63,769 bases of DNA, filler included, from an uncultured bacterium (GCA_964543655.1; 4 parts of 4 records of this genome joined end to end with filler, not necessarily neighbours in it); one strand, 5' to 3'. Shown: positions 30,791 to 40,771, counted from the first letter of the whole stretch. Notes: generated from the sequence alone by a model not told the origin. Numbers and translations are program-made.

Positions 30791-31405
30791 CTATAAAAAA
30801 AATTCTATTTCATGAATATTTTTTATATTAAAATCAAATTCAGTATTAACTATTTCACTTATATAACAGGTTTTGAAACCGATTTTTTTTGCTGATAAAA
30901 GGTTTTTTGATGAATCATCAATAAAAAAAGTTTTCTCCGGGATTAGAGCTTTGGCATTTATTATACTTAAATATGCTTCTAATAATGGTTTTGGTGTATA
31001 GTTTAATTTTGTAATATCAAAAATATCTTCAAAATACTCTTCAATTTCCATTAATTTTAGAATTTTTTTAATGTATGGTAAATAAGCATTTGAGAAAATT
31101 ATATTTCTGTATTTACTTTTTTTTAAAAAGTTTTTTAATCTGTGATTTACTTTAATATAATTTTCCAAATCAACATTATGAACATATTCAAGGTAATGAA
31201 CTGGATTAATATTATGATGTTTTATTAATCCATTTAAAGTTGTTCCATATTTTTCAAGATAATCTTTCCTAACTTTATTAACATCTGTTTCAGGAATGCC
31301 CACAATATCTTTTAAATATTGGTTAATTTTTTTATCAACAACATTAAAAAGACCAATGTTTTTAGGGTAAAGTGTATTGTCAACATCAAAAAGTATGGTA
31401 ATCAT
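30791..31405 (-). CDS. HAD-family pyrimidine 5'-nucleotidase-like hydrolase
   Basis: FDVDNTLY, YGTTLNGL, PKP, FIDDS. Confidence 0.85.
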   Translation of the reverse strand: MITILFDVDNTLYPKNIGLFNVVDKKINQYLKDIVGIPETDVNKVRKDYLEKYGTTLNGLIKHHNINPVHYLEYVHNVDLENYIKVNHRLKNFLKKSKYRNIIFSNAYLPYIKKILKLMEIEEYFEDIFDITKLNYTPKPLLEAYLSIINAKALIPEKTFFIDDSSKNLLSAKKIGFKTCYISEIVNTEFDFNIKNIHEIEFFL

Positions 31406-32055
31406 TTGATTTTTACCGATAGGCTCATGCCATCTCCTATTGAGATTAATGATGTTTTGTAATTTTTATTTAATACTAATTGTTTATTAAATTCATTAAC
31501 AAGACTGATTCCTTTGAGATAGTTTTTACTTCTTTTTGCTTCAACATTAATTATTTGCATATTGTAACTAATATTATCAAATAATAGGATACCATCTTTA
31601 TTCAATATTTTATCAACTTCAATGAAATATTGAATATACTCTCTTTTAATTGCATCAATGAAAATAAAATCAAAAGTTTCACCTATTTTTTGAAAAATTT
31701 TTATAGCATAAAAGCTTTCAACTGGAAAAATATTTAATTTATCTTTTAAATTTTCTGGTAACTTTTTAAATATATTTTCATAAAAATAGTCAATTCTATG
31801 AAAATTGTAATCAATACTAATTAATTTAGCATCATTTGGAAGTGCTTTTAAAATTTTGTATGTGGAATAGCCACTACCTGTGCCAATTTCTAAAACTCTT
31901 AATGGTGATTTAATAGTAACAATTGTTTCTAAAAATTGTGCTTTTAATTCATTTAAAAAAGGTGTTTTTGATGCCTTTGCAAGTTTGATAATCTCTTTTT
32001 CTAAAAAAGTTAAATTTTCTTTAAAAAAATTATTGAAATACTCCTGAATATTCAT
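31402..32055 (-). CDS. O-methyltransferase (YrrM/TrmR-like)
   Basis: VLEIGTGSGYST, FDFIFIDA, DGILLFDN, IGDGM. Confidence 0.8.
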   Translation of the reverse strand: MNIQEYFNNFFKENLTFLEKEIIKLAKASKTPFLNELKAQFLETIVTIKSPLRVLEIGTGSGYSTYKILKALPNDAKLISIDYNFHRIDYFYENIFKKLPENLKDKLNIFPVESFYAIKIFQKIGETFDFIFIDAIKREYIQYFIEVDKILNKDGILLFDNISYNMQIINVEAKRSKNYLKGISLVNEFNKQLVLNKNYKTSLISIGDGMSLSVKIK

Positions 32056-32396
32056 TAAATTTCTATGTTTTTATAATGATTTATTTTTAATTCTTCAAAA
32101 TTATTAATAGCGACAATATCTATCCTGAAATTTTTGTAATTTTTCTTGCAGGTTTTTAGAAAGTGCAAAGCAGAGCTTTTTATTCTTTCAAGTTTAAAAC
32201 TGTTAATGCTTTCTTCTGCTCTGCCAAAATTTTTATTTGTCCTATATTTTACCTCAACAAAAATAATAGTATCTGATTTTTCAGCAATAATATCAATTTC
32301 ACCAAACCTTGTACGGTAATTTTCAGATATAATATTGTAACCTTTATTTTTCAAATAATTTTTTGCAAGGGTTTCACCAAACTTGCCTTTATTCAT
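32055..32396 (-). CDS. yraN: YraN family putative endonuclease (UPF0102)
   Basis: GKFGE..A..YL, GEIDII, FVEVKYR, RIDIVAI. Confidence 0.9.
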   Translation of the reverse strand: MNKGKFGETLAKNYLKNKGYNIISENYRTRFGEIDIIAEKSDTIIFVEVKYRTNKNFGRAEESINSFKLERIKSSALHFLKTCKKNYKNFRIDIVAINNFEELKINHYKNIEI

Positions 32397-32459
32397 AAAT
32401 AATGTTTATCAAAAAAAATTGAAATTTACAACTCACTATTTTCATGTTATTGTAATAAA

Positions 32460-33554
32460 ATGAAAATTTTAATTTTAAATTTTCAAAGAACAGGTGATAT
32501 AATTCAAACTTTTCATATAGTCAATTCTATTATTAGAACTTCTCCAGATAGCAGGATATTTTATTTGACAAATAATATCCATGCTTCTTCATTGAAACTT
32601 ATTGAGGAATATATTGAAGAAGTTATTGCTATTGATTATTTTACATTATACCAAAATTTTAAAAATAATAAAATTTCCAAAGGGTTTATTTATTTAAAAA
32701 ATATTTTAAGAAAATTGAAAGAAAATAAATTTGATAGAGTAATAAATTTAAATTTTTCAAGGTTAGGGGCAATAGTTGCAAGTTTGCTTTCAGATGATGT
32801 GATAGGCGCGCAATTAAAAAATTCAGGTGAAATAAAAATAGAAAACAGATATTTTAAAGAGCTTTTTCTTAATCTTGAAAATCCTAATTTTAAAGTTAAT
32901 TTAATAGAAATGTTACTAAGAGGTTTGGGGCTTCCATATTTTCCCTCTGTGTCAATAAAAGATTATAGTAACAGAGAAAAATTTAAAGTGATTTTGCATC
33001 CAGGTGCAAGTAGAGAGGAAAAAAAATGGGGAATTGAAAATTTTACACAGTTAACTAAGCTGATTTTCAATTACTTTAAAGGAAATGCAGAGTTTTATAT
33101 TACTGGAAGCAAAAGTGAAGCAGGAGAAAATCAGAAGATTTGTGAAAGTTTAAAAACATGTGGAATAAAGATAGAAAATTTATCTGGAAAAAAGGATTTA
33201 TTAGAATTAAAAAATTTAATTCAGAATAGTGATATTTTAATTTCTGGTGATACGTCAATAGCTCATTTGGCATCACTTACAAAGATTACAATTGTTACTA
33301 TTTTTCTTGGAAATGCCTATCATTTTCATACATATCCATACTCTCCTGATAATATTGTGATTTTTCCTGATATAAAATGCTATCCATGTAATGCTAATTT
33401 TATTTGTAAAGAGCAGAAATGCAAAAAGTGTATTACACCAGAAATTGTTTTCAAAGCAATATCAAACCAGCTTCAAAATAATGTAATGAGAACTTTTCTT
33501 TCAAAAGATGGGTATGTTAAATTAGGTGATATAAAAGTAGTGCGGAGTTTGTAG
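32460..33554 (+). CDS. Glycosyltransferase family 9 (heptosyltransferase-like)
   Basis: RTGDIIQ, LHPGAS..KKW, ISGDTSIAHLA, CYPC. Confidence 0.88.
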   Translation: MKILILNFQRTGDIIQTFHIVNSIIRTSPDSRIFYLTNNIHASSLKLIEEYIEEVIAIDYFTLYQNFKNNKISKGFIYLKNILRKLKENKFDRVINLNFSRLGAIVASLLSDDVIGAQLKNSGEIKIENRYFKELFLNLENPNFKVNLIEMLLRGLGLPYFPSVSIKDYSNREKFKVILHPGASREEKKWGIENFTQLTKLIFNYFKGNAEFYITGSKSEAGENQKICESLKTCGIKIENLSGKKDLLELKNLIQNSDILISGDTSIAHLASLTKITIVTIFLGNAYHFHTYPYSPDNIVIFPDIKCYPCNANFICKEQKCKKCITPEIVFKAISNQLQNNVMRTFLSKDGYVKLGDIKVVRSL

Positions 33555-33611
33555 GGTGAGTATAGTATAGAAAAATAAATCTAAAATTTCATAAAAATTT
33601 TCAAAAGGCTC

Positions 33612-33978
33612 TAATACAAGCTCACAGTTCAACGTTGAAAGATGCTTTAATAACAACTTAACAATATTTTAGATGTCATTTCAAAGAAAAATTGTAAGGT
33701 TTTAATAAAAGCTGTTATTTTAATAGGTTATTTTGCTTTAATATCATTATTTGTACAAAACCAACCTTAAATCAAGAGATTTTTTGGGCTAATGCCCTCA
33801 AAATGACTGTTTTTATGCTAAATAGGAGCAGTTATAAAAAGATTGCAGTTGGATTTTATATTTGGTTTTGTATTATACAATTTTCTATTTGAAATGACAT
33901 TTGAACTATTCTTAAATTGTTGTTATTATAACATCTTTTAACCTTGAACTATGAATTTTGAACTGTAAACTTGTATTA
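33612..33978. mobile_element. Composite MITE-like element: module B (+), module A, module B (-)
   Basis: Imperfect inverted arms of about 90-105 bp (33612-33697, 33874-33978) around module A (33754-33872), which has 11-bp TIRs TACAAAACCAA/TTGGTTTTGTA and a REP-like hairpin. Confidence 0.8.
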
Positions 33979-34122
33979 GTGGGCAGTTGATATTTCTATT
34001 TTTTACTTATTATAAAAATTTGTTATAGATTTAAGAAAAATCATAATAATTTTCAATTTGACATACCAAAGTATTTCTTCTATTTTCCTAATCTAAATAA
34101 GAAATAAATTTAGGAGGTTGTT

Positions 34123-35136
34123 ATGAGAAGATTTTTATTATTAGTAACTGCTCTTTTTTTTACAGTTTCTCTTTATGCCACACCAAATTATGTATCAGGA
34201 ATTGTTACAATGAAATTTGATCTATCAAGGTATAGTAATGCAAAAAAAGTTAGGCTATGGTTTCCCTATCCTGTTTCCAGCAAATATCAGGATATTACTG
34301 ATGTTAAAATTAGTGGAAATTTTAAAAAAGGTGGAGTTTATACAGAGAAAAAGTATGGAAATATACTTTACTATGCTGAATGGGATAAAAATTCTCCAAA
34401 AAAAGTCTTAACTTTTTCATTTAAAGCAAAAAGAAGATATATTAAAAATTATAAATATCCATCAAAAGAGCTTCCATGGAATAAAAAAGATTTTAAAATA
34501 TATTTAGAGGGGGCAAAACTTGCACCAATTAATAGTATTGTGAAAGATTTTGTAAAAAAAATTATTAAAGGTAAAAAAACAATTCCAGAGAAAGCAAGAG
34601 CAATATATATGTGGGTTTGTAAACATACATATAGAAATCCAAAAACAAGAGGATGTGGACAGGGTTGTCTATGTAAATTATTGAAAGACCCAGGTGGAAA
34701 ATGTGCAGATTTAAGCACAATTTTTGTATCTCTATGTAGAGCAGCAGGCATTCCAGCAAGAGAGATTTTTGGATTAAGGCTTGGGAAAAAGGATTCTCAG
34801 AATATTACCAAGGGATATCACTGTTGGGCGCAATTTTATATTCCTGGTTATGGCTGGTACAGTGTTGACCCGGCAGATGTAAGAAAGATGATGTTAATAG
34901 AAAAGCTTTCATGGAATAGTGAAAAAACAAAACATTATGTAAAATTTTACTGGAACGGAATAGAGCCATACAGGATAAAGCTTTCAACAGGGAAAGACAT
35001 TACGTTAAATCCACCTCAAAAAAATGCACCTCTAAATTATTTTATGTATCCATATGCAGAAGTGGATGGTAAAAAAATAGATTATCTCTCCCCTGATACT
35101 TTTAAATATTCAATTTCTTGGAAAGCTATCCACTAA
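34123..35136 (+). CDS. Secreted transglutaminase-like domain protein
   Basis: Signal peptide; GKCADL, RAAGIPARE, HCWAQFY, VDPAD (Cys-His-Asp triad). Confidence 0.9.
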   Translation: MRRFLLLVTALFFTVSLYATPNYVSGIVTMKFDLSRYSNAKKVRLWFPYPVSSKYQDITDVKISGNFKKGGVYTEKKYGNILYYAEWDKNSPKKVLTFSFKAKRRYIKNYKYPSKELPWNKKDFKIYLEGAKLAPINSIVKDFVKKIIKGKKTIPEKARAIYMWVCKHTYRNPKTRGCGQGCLCKLLKDPGGKCADLSTIFVSLCRAAGIPAREIFGLRLGKKDSQNITKGYHCWAQFYIPGYGWYSVDPADVRKMMLIEKLSWNSEKTKHYVKFYWNGIEPYRIKLSTGKDITLNPPQKNAPLNYFMYPYAEVDGKKIDYLSPDTFKYSISWKAIH

Positions 35137-35137
35137 G

Positions 35138-35171
35138 AAAAAGAGCGTTGGTTTCAACGCTCTTTTTTTTT
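35138..35171 (+). terminator. Intrinsic terminator
   Basis: AAAAAGAGCGTTG-GTTT-CAACGCTCTTTTTTTT. Confidence 0.85.
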
Positions 35172-35306
35172 AAAATTCATTTCTAAAATAATTAGTAATT
35201 GCATATCAAATTTAAAAGTTTTATTTAAGCTGAATTTTTTATAATATATCGTATTATATCTTGACATTTACTTTGGCTATGGTAAATAATGGTTTTAGAT
35301 ATTTAA

Positions 35307-35477
35307 GTAGATAAAAGATTTGAACAAATTATAGCATCAATAGATAAATTATCTGATAAGCTTGACAATAGAGATAATGAATTAAGAGGTTTTACATTAA
35401 AAATGTTTTCAATAGCAATAGGTGTTTCAGTATTGGGGGTATTAGGAGCATTTTTTAAAATAATGGGGGTGTTTTAA
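35307..35477 (+). pseudogene. 3' remnant of a VDKRFEQ coiled-coil repeat protein with a C-terminal TM anchor
   Basis: Reads VDKRFEQIIASIDKLSDKLDNRDNELRGFTLKMFSIAIGVSVLGVLGAFFKIMGVF*, preceded by an in-frame stop with no start codon. Confidence 0.6.
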
Positions 35478-35492
35478 TTTAGTGTGTATAAA

Positions 35493-35696
35493 TAGTTAGT
35501 AGTGAGTAGTGAGTAGTTAGTGGTAAAGCAATGAAAAATGAATGAAAGTGCTTATGATTAACGCATTATCGCTTTTACCCATTATCACATATACGGATTA
35601 ATGCATTAACATTTATAACTAACAACAAACTAACTACCAACTAACAATTAACTAACCATAAACTAACAACAAATTACCATAAATTACAACGACTAA
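35493..35696. repeat. Short tandem repeat block (7-mers, 8-mer-like units, 11-mers)
   Basis: TAGT(T/G)AG x4 at 35493-35520; AACTAAC-NNNN x5 plus degenerate copies at 35617-35696. Confidence 0.75.
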
Positions 35697-35712
35697 TATG
35701 TAGGAGATAACC

Positions 35713-36190
35713 ATGACAAGATATTTTAGACAGAAAAAATTAATAGACAGAGAAAAAGAAATAAAATTTTTTATTGACTGGTTTGAAAAAATTCCTGATG
35801 AAATACTTTGGATATATGGTCCCAAATCAAGTGGTAAAACAACAATTATAGAGTATGTGGTAGAGAATGAATTATTTGAAGATTTCTGGAAATTTATACC
35901 TAAAAAGAATTATTGGATAAGATATATGAATTTAAGGGAATACTTAATAAGCAGCTATGATAGTTTTATAGAAGCATTTGTAAAACCAGCACCTGAGAAA
36001 AGTAAGAAAACAGAAGAAATAAACGCAAGGATAAATATAGGGATATTTGAGATAGAAGGGAGAAAATTAGAAGAGGCTAGAGAGAGGAAGAGGGATTTGT
36101 TTAAGGTAATGGCGGGAGAGCTTCAGGAGATAGCGAAGGAAAATAGGCCAATAATCATTATAGATGAAATACAGACATTGGAAGAGATAT
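35713..36190 (+). CDS. Archaeal-ATPase-like P-loop ATP-binding protein, truncated by contig end
   Basis: IDREKE, YGPKSSGKTT, IIIIDEIQ; AGGAG RBS. Confidence 0.85.
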
Positions 36191-36290
36191 NNNNNNNNNN
36201 NNNNNNNNNNNNNNNNNNNNNNNNNNNNNNNNNNTTAATTAATTAANNNNNNNNNNNNNNNNNNNNNNNNNNNNNNNNNNNNNNNNNNNN
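36191..36290. other. Artificial contig linker
   Basis: N-TTAATTAATTAA-N. Confidence 0.98.
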
Positions 36291-38556
36291 GTGCAGTAAA
36301 AATAATTATGTCATTGTTTTGCAATGTTACATTATCAAATCTTTTACTTAAATCTTGCATAGCCATTTGTGGAATATTATTATCATCAATATTTAACCAC
36401 CATGCAAAGATAGTATAATTATCAAGAAAAGAATTTGAAAGAGGATAGTAGTCAATATCTGTATCTCCAATAGTATCAATTAGGTAAGGGGAATCAGCAA
36501 TACCATCTCTATTTCCATCATCTTTAGTAGTAGAAAAATTATCAGAATTTGTATAAAAATTGCCAATAAAGCTTTTAACTTCAGCAATGCCATTGTTATT
36601 ATTTAAACCATTATTATAATCATATGCGATTTTTACTGGAGAGTACCAAATATTATCCTGTGCAAAATCTCTATTTGAATTATTATCATGGAAATTATTG
36701 AAAGAATTAAAATAAATACTATTGTTACTTGCATTGCCATTAAAAATTATTGAGCCGCTTAACAAATAATTCTGGACAATAATATTCTCATTAGAATTGT
36801 TGTCTAATTGAACCGAAGAATTGTTTTTTAAATAATTTTTAAAAAGAGTGTTATTTGAAGAATTATCAACTTTTAAATTAGTATAACCAATCAGATTATT
36901 TGAAATAATATTAAAATTAGAACTATTGGTAAGAACAATAGCATTATTAGTAATGGAACTTGTAGAAAATTTGTTACTATTGATTTTATTATATGAACTG
37001 TTATCAAGATATAAACCATATGTTATGGAAAGGTTGTCATAAGGCAAACTGTTTTCTCCAATATAGCTATTGATTACATTGTGTAATTTAATTAAAGTGG
37101 TATAATTAGTTAAAAAAGAATTATTATCAATTGTAATATGATTTTGATAAGTATAAGGATTTCCTTCTATTATAATAGCAATAGACTCATCAGAATCATC
37201 AGAGTCAGAAAGTTTGAAAGAATTATTAGAAATCGTTACATTGTCAGAGCTTATGTTGTCTTCAACTGATAATTTAATATTTTGACTATTATTAGAAATA
37301 AAAGAAAAATTTTTAATATTTTTTAAGGTAATTATGCCATTAAAAGTATTTTTACTAAAATAGGAATTTGTTGCATTATCTAAATTTATATATTTGAATG
37401 AATTATTATCAAAATTAATATTGTTTGAATTATTTAAAGTAACCATTTTAGTAAAAGTATTTTTTCTAAAGGAAGAATTTGTTAGATTGTCTGATGAGAT
37501 TGAAGAGAAAAGACCATCAATAGAATTGTTTGTAATAGTGAAATTATCTGAAGAAAGTATAATAATAGAACCTAATTGACCTGAATTGTTATCAAACGTA
37601 TTATTATCTAAGATTAAATTTTTAGAAGAAGAGATACTTAATGACCATAAGAAAAGAGATTTAAAAATATTGTTAGCTATTTTAAAATTTGGATTATTTT
37701 TAACTTTAATTAATGTTATAGCAGCATCTTTAGAATTACTAAATTTAGAATTACTAATTGTTATATTATCAATATACTGATCTGTTTGGTTATCATTTGC
37801 ATATATACAATATGTTACATTGTCAAATGAATTATTATCAATTATGATATTGGAAATTTCATCAATTATATATATACCGTTAGATGAAATATTATTAAAA
37901 TTATTGTTGTAAATTTTTATTTTATCAATATTATTTTTTAAATATATTCCATTCTTATCAAAATGGCTCTGTTTAATAGTTATATATTTACCAGTTTGTA
38001 AATAAATACTGCTATTATCAGTAATAAACTTTGAGTTATTTATGGTCAGGTTGTCTCCGATTGCTCCTGGATCATAAATTCCATAACCTGAAGAAATAAT
38101 GGTCACATTATCAAGTAAGGTATTATTCTTATTTCCAGTAGCTAAAAGAGGTCCAAAGAGAATTAAAGGAGTATCGATAGAAAGATTATCACAACTTAAT
38201 ATAAAATTTCTAATAGTAATATTGTCACTATTTAATATAAAAATAGGATAATTACCATTTTGACAATTAATTAAATTAGATGATGAACTATTATCTAATA
38301 AAATGTTAATGCTTTTACTAATGGTGATATTATCTTCATATAAGATATTGTCATCCAAAATAATTGAAATATTATCTCCTGGATTAGCTACATTAATAGT
38401 ATACTTTAACGTTTGACAGGGAATAGCTTTACTATCACAATAATTTCCATCATCATAACCATTAATTGGATCAACATACCTAACAGATGCATTTAAAATA
38501 AAATTAGGCAACATAATAAAGTATAGAAAGATTAAGTTAGAAAGTAATTTTTTCAT
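36291..38556 (-). CDS. Large secreted parallel beta-helix (NosD/pectin-lyase-like) surface protein, truncated by contig end
   Basis: Signal peptide, YVDPING...PCQT cap, Asn-rich coils, GNFY...DGIADSPY...DYYPL motif; AAGGAG RBS. Confidence 0.85.
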
Positions 38557-38729
38557 AGTCTCTCCTTAGAAAATTTTATATAAAAGATATTTCAGTTTTA
38601 TTATAAAGTCAAGATAATTATATCACATATTATAAAGATAGTATGTAATTTACATTACAATTACATCTTGATTTTAAAAATTTTTTAAGTTATGTTTAGA
38701 AATATTAAATTTAAATTTAAGGAGGATAG

Positions 38730-40094
38730 ATGTATAATTTAGATAAAATATTTTATCCAGAATCAATGGCTGTTGTTGGTGTATCATTGTCTAATGATAG
38801 ACATCCTGCTAATGTTATATATAATAAAAACCTGTTAAGATACCCGGTAAGGGTATATCCAATAAACCCCAAAGGAGGATACCTTCATAGGGAGGTTGTT
38901 TATAGATCAATATCTGAACTTCCAGAAAAAGTAGATTTGGTTGTGATTGCTGTTAGAGCAGATTTTGTCCCTGAAATTTTAAAAGAGTGTATTGATAATA
39001 AAGTTGGTGGTGCAATTGTTATTTCAGGTGGTTTTTCAGAGGTTGGAAAAAGTGAGCTTCAGGATGAACTTGTGGAAATTGCTAAAAAAAACAATTTTCC
39101 CTTTATTGGTCCCAACTGTCTTGGGCTTTATAATCCTGCAAAAATAGATTCTTTATTTTTACCTGCTGAAAGGATAGTGACTCCAAAAGAAGGGCATGTT
39201 GCTGTTATAAGCCAAAGTGGTGGTATTTTAATTGATCAAATGGTAAAATTTAGAGATGAAGGTATAGGTATGTCAATAGGCATTAGTATTGGGAATAAAG
39301 CTCTTATAAAAGAAACTGAACTTTTGCAATATTTTGAGCAAAATGAGCAAACAAAAGTAATAGCTTTTTATGTTGAAGGGTTTTCCAAAAATGAAGGCAG
39401 AGAATTTGTAGAACTTGCTGCAAAATGTAGTAAACCAATTATTGTTTTGAAGTCAGGAAAAACAGCTGAAGGTAGTAGAGCTGTTAGCTCTCATACAGCA
39501 TCTATTGCAGGTGATTATTTTGTCTTTTCTGAAATTTTAAAACAGAAAGGTATTTTTGAGGCAAAAAATGATTTTGAATTTATATCATTTTGTGAATCTT
39601 TGGAATGTTACGACACTGATATTGGTAATAATATCGCAATAATTACAGGTAGTGGTGGCCACGGTGCAATGGCAGTTGATTTTTGTAAAAAATATAATTT
39701 TAATGTTCCATTAATGAATGATAAAATAAAAGAGGAATTAAAGTCAAAGTTATCACCTAATGTTAGAGAGATTGCATCTATTAATAATCCAATAGATCTT
39801 ACTGGAAGTGCTTCAGACAATGATTTTATAACAACTACAGCTTTCATTTCCAATCTTGATAATATTGACTGCATTATACTGTTGCTTCTACCATACTTAC
39901 CGGGTATATCAATGGATTTAAGTGCAAGGTTAAGTAATATATGCAAAGCTGCAAATAAACCTTTAATAGCTTATGTTCCACATATTGAAAAATATCAGAT
40001 GCTAATGGAAGGATTTGAACTTAACAATATACCTGTTTCTCCATCTGTTGAAGGAGCGGTGTTAATGGCAAAAGCATTGAGGAGGGATAAATGA
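38730..40094 (+). CDS. ADP-forming acyl-CoA synthetase alpha subunit (CoA-binding)
   Basis: YPINPK, ISGGFSE, IGPNCLG, SQSGG, SHTASIAG (phospho-His), NPIDLTG. Confidence 0.9.
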   Translation: MYNLDKIFYPESMAVVGVSLSNDRHPANVIYNKNLLRYPVRVYPINPKGGYLHREVVYRSISELPEKVDLVVIAVRADFVPEILKECIDNKVGGAIVISGGFSEVGKSELQDELVEIAKKNNFPFIGPNCLGLYNPAKIDSLFLPAERIVTPKEGHVAVISQSGGILIDQMVKFRDEGIGMSIGISIGNKALIKETELLQYFEQNEQTKVIAFYVEGFSKNEGREFVELAAKCSKPIIVLKSGKTAEGSRAVSSHTASIAGDYFVFSEILKQKGIFEAKNDFEFISFCESLECYDTDIGNNIAIITGSGGHGAMAVDFCKKYNFNVPLMNDKIKEELKSKLSPNVREIASINNPIDLTGSASDNDFITTTAFISNLDNIDCIILLLLPYLPGISMDLSARLSNICKAANKPLIAYVPHIEKYQMLMEGFELNNIPVSPSVEGAVLMAKALRRDK

Positions 40095-40771
40095 TAGAAA
40101 AGAAAGTTTTTGAAATTATAAATAAATCTAAAAAATATGGATGGGTATTAGAGCCTGATGCTAAATATATTTTATCAGAATATAATATTTCTTTGCCTTC
40201 ATATAAATTTGCTAAAAATATAGATGAAGCTATAAAATTTGTTAGAGAAATTCATTATCCGATTGTTTGCAAAGTTGTATCTCCTGAAATCATACACAAA
40301 TCAGATGTTGGCGGTGTTATAGTTGGTATTGAAAATGATGAGCAATTAAAAATAGCTTTTGAAAAATTATCAAAGTTGAAAGGTTTTTTAGGAGTAATTG
40401 TTGAAAAAATGGTTAAAGGTATTGAGCTTATTGTTGGAGCAAAAAATGATGAACAGTTTGGCCCTGTTGTGCTTATTGGAATGGGAGGTGTTGCTGTGGA
40501 GATTTATAAAGACACAGCAATAAGAATGGCTCCTCTATCAGAGAGAGATATTAACAGTATGATTGCATCTTTAAAATGTTATCCACTTCTGAAAGGATAT
40601 CGGGGGGCAAAAGGTATAAACATAGATAGTTTGGTGAAAATGCTTGAGCATTTTTCAAAAATGATTATGGATTTAAAAGAAAATTTTCTATCTATTGACT
40701 TAAACCCGGTTATGTGCTCAGAAAATGAATGTTATGTTGCTGATGCAAGGATTATGCTGAAAAATCATTAA
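40091..40771 (+). CDS. ADP-forming acyl-CoA synthetase beta subunit (ATP-grasp)
   Basis: HKSDVGGV, FGPVVLIGMGG, GYRG, DLNPV, DARI. Confidence 0.9.
   Translation: MIEKKVFEIINKSKKYGWVLEPDAKYILSEYNISLPSYKFAKNIDEAIKFVREIHYPIVCKVVSPEIIHKSDVGGVIVGIENDEQLKIAFEKLSKLKGFLGVIVEKMVKGIELIVGAKNDEQFGPVVLIGMGGVAVEIYKDTAIRMAPLSERDINSMIASLKCYPLLKGYRGAKGINIDSLVKMLEHFSKMIMDLKENFLSIDLNPVMCSENECYVADARIMLKNH

Noticed and set aside
35493-35696. Tandem repeats as a possible CRISPR array
   Set aside because: Units are 7-11 nt with no unique spacers, and no cas genes are present
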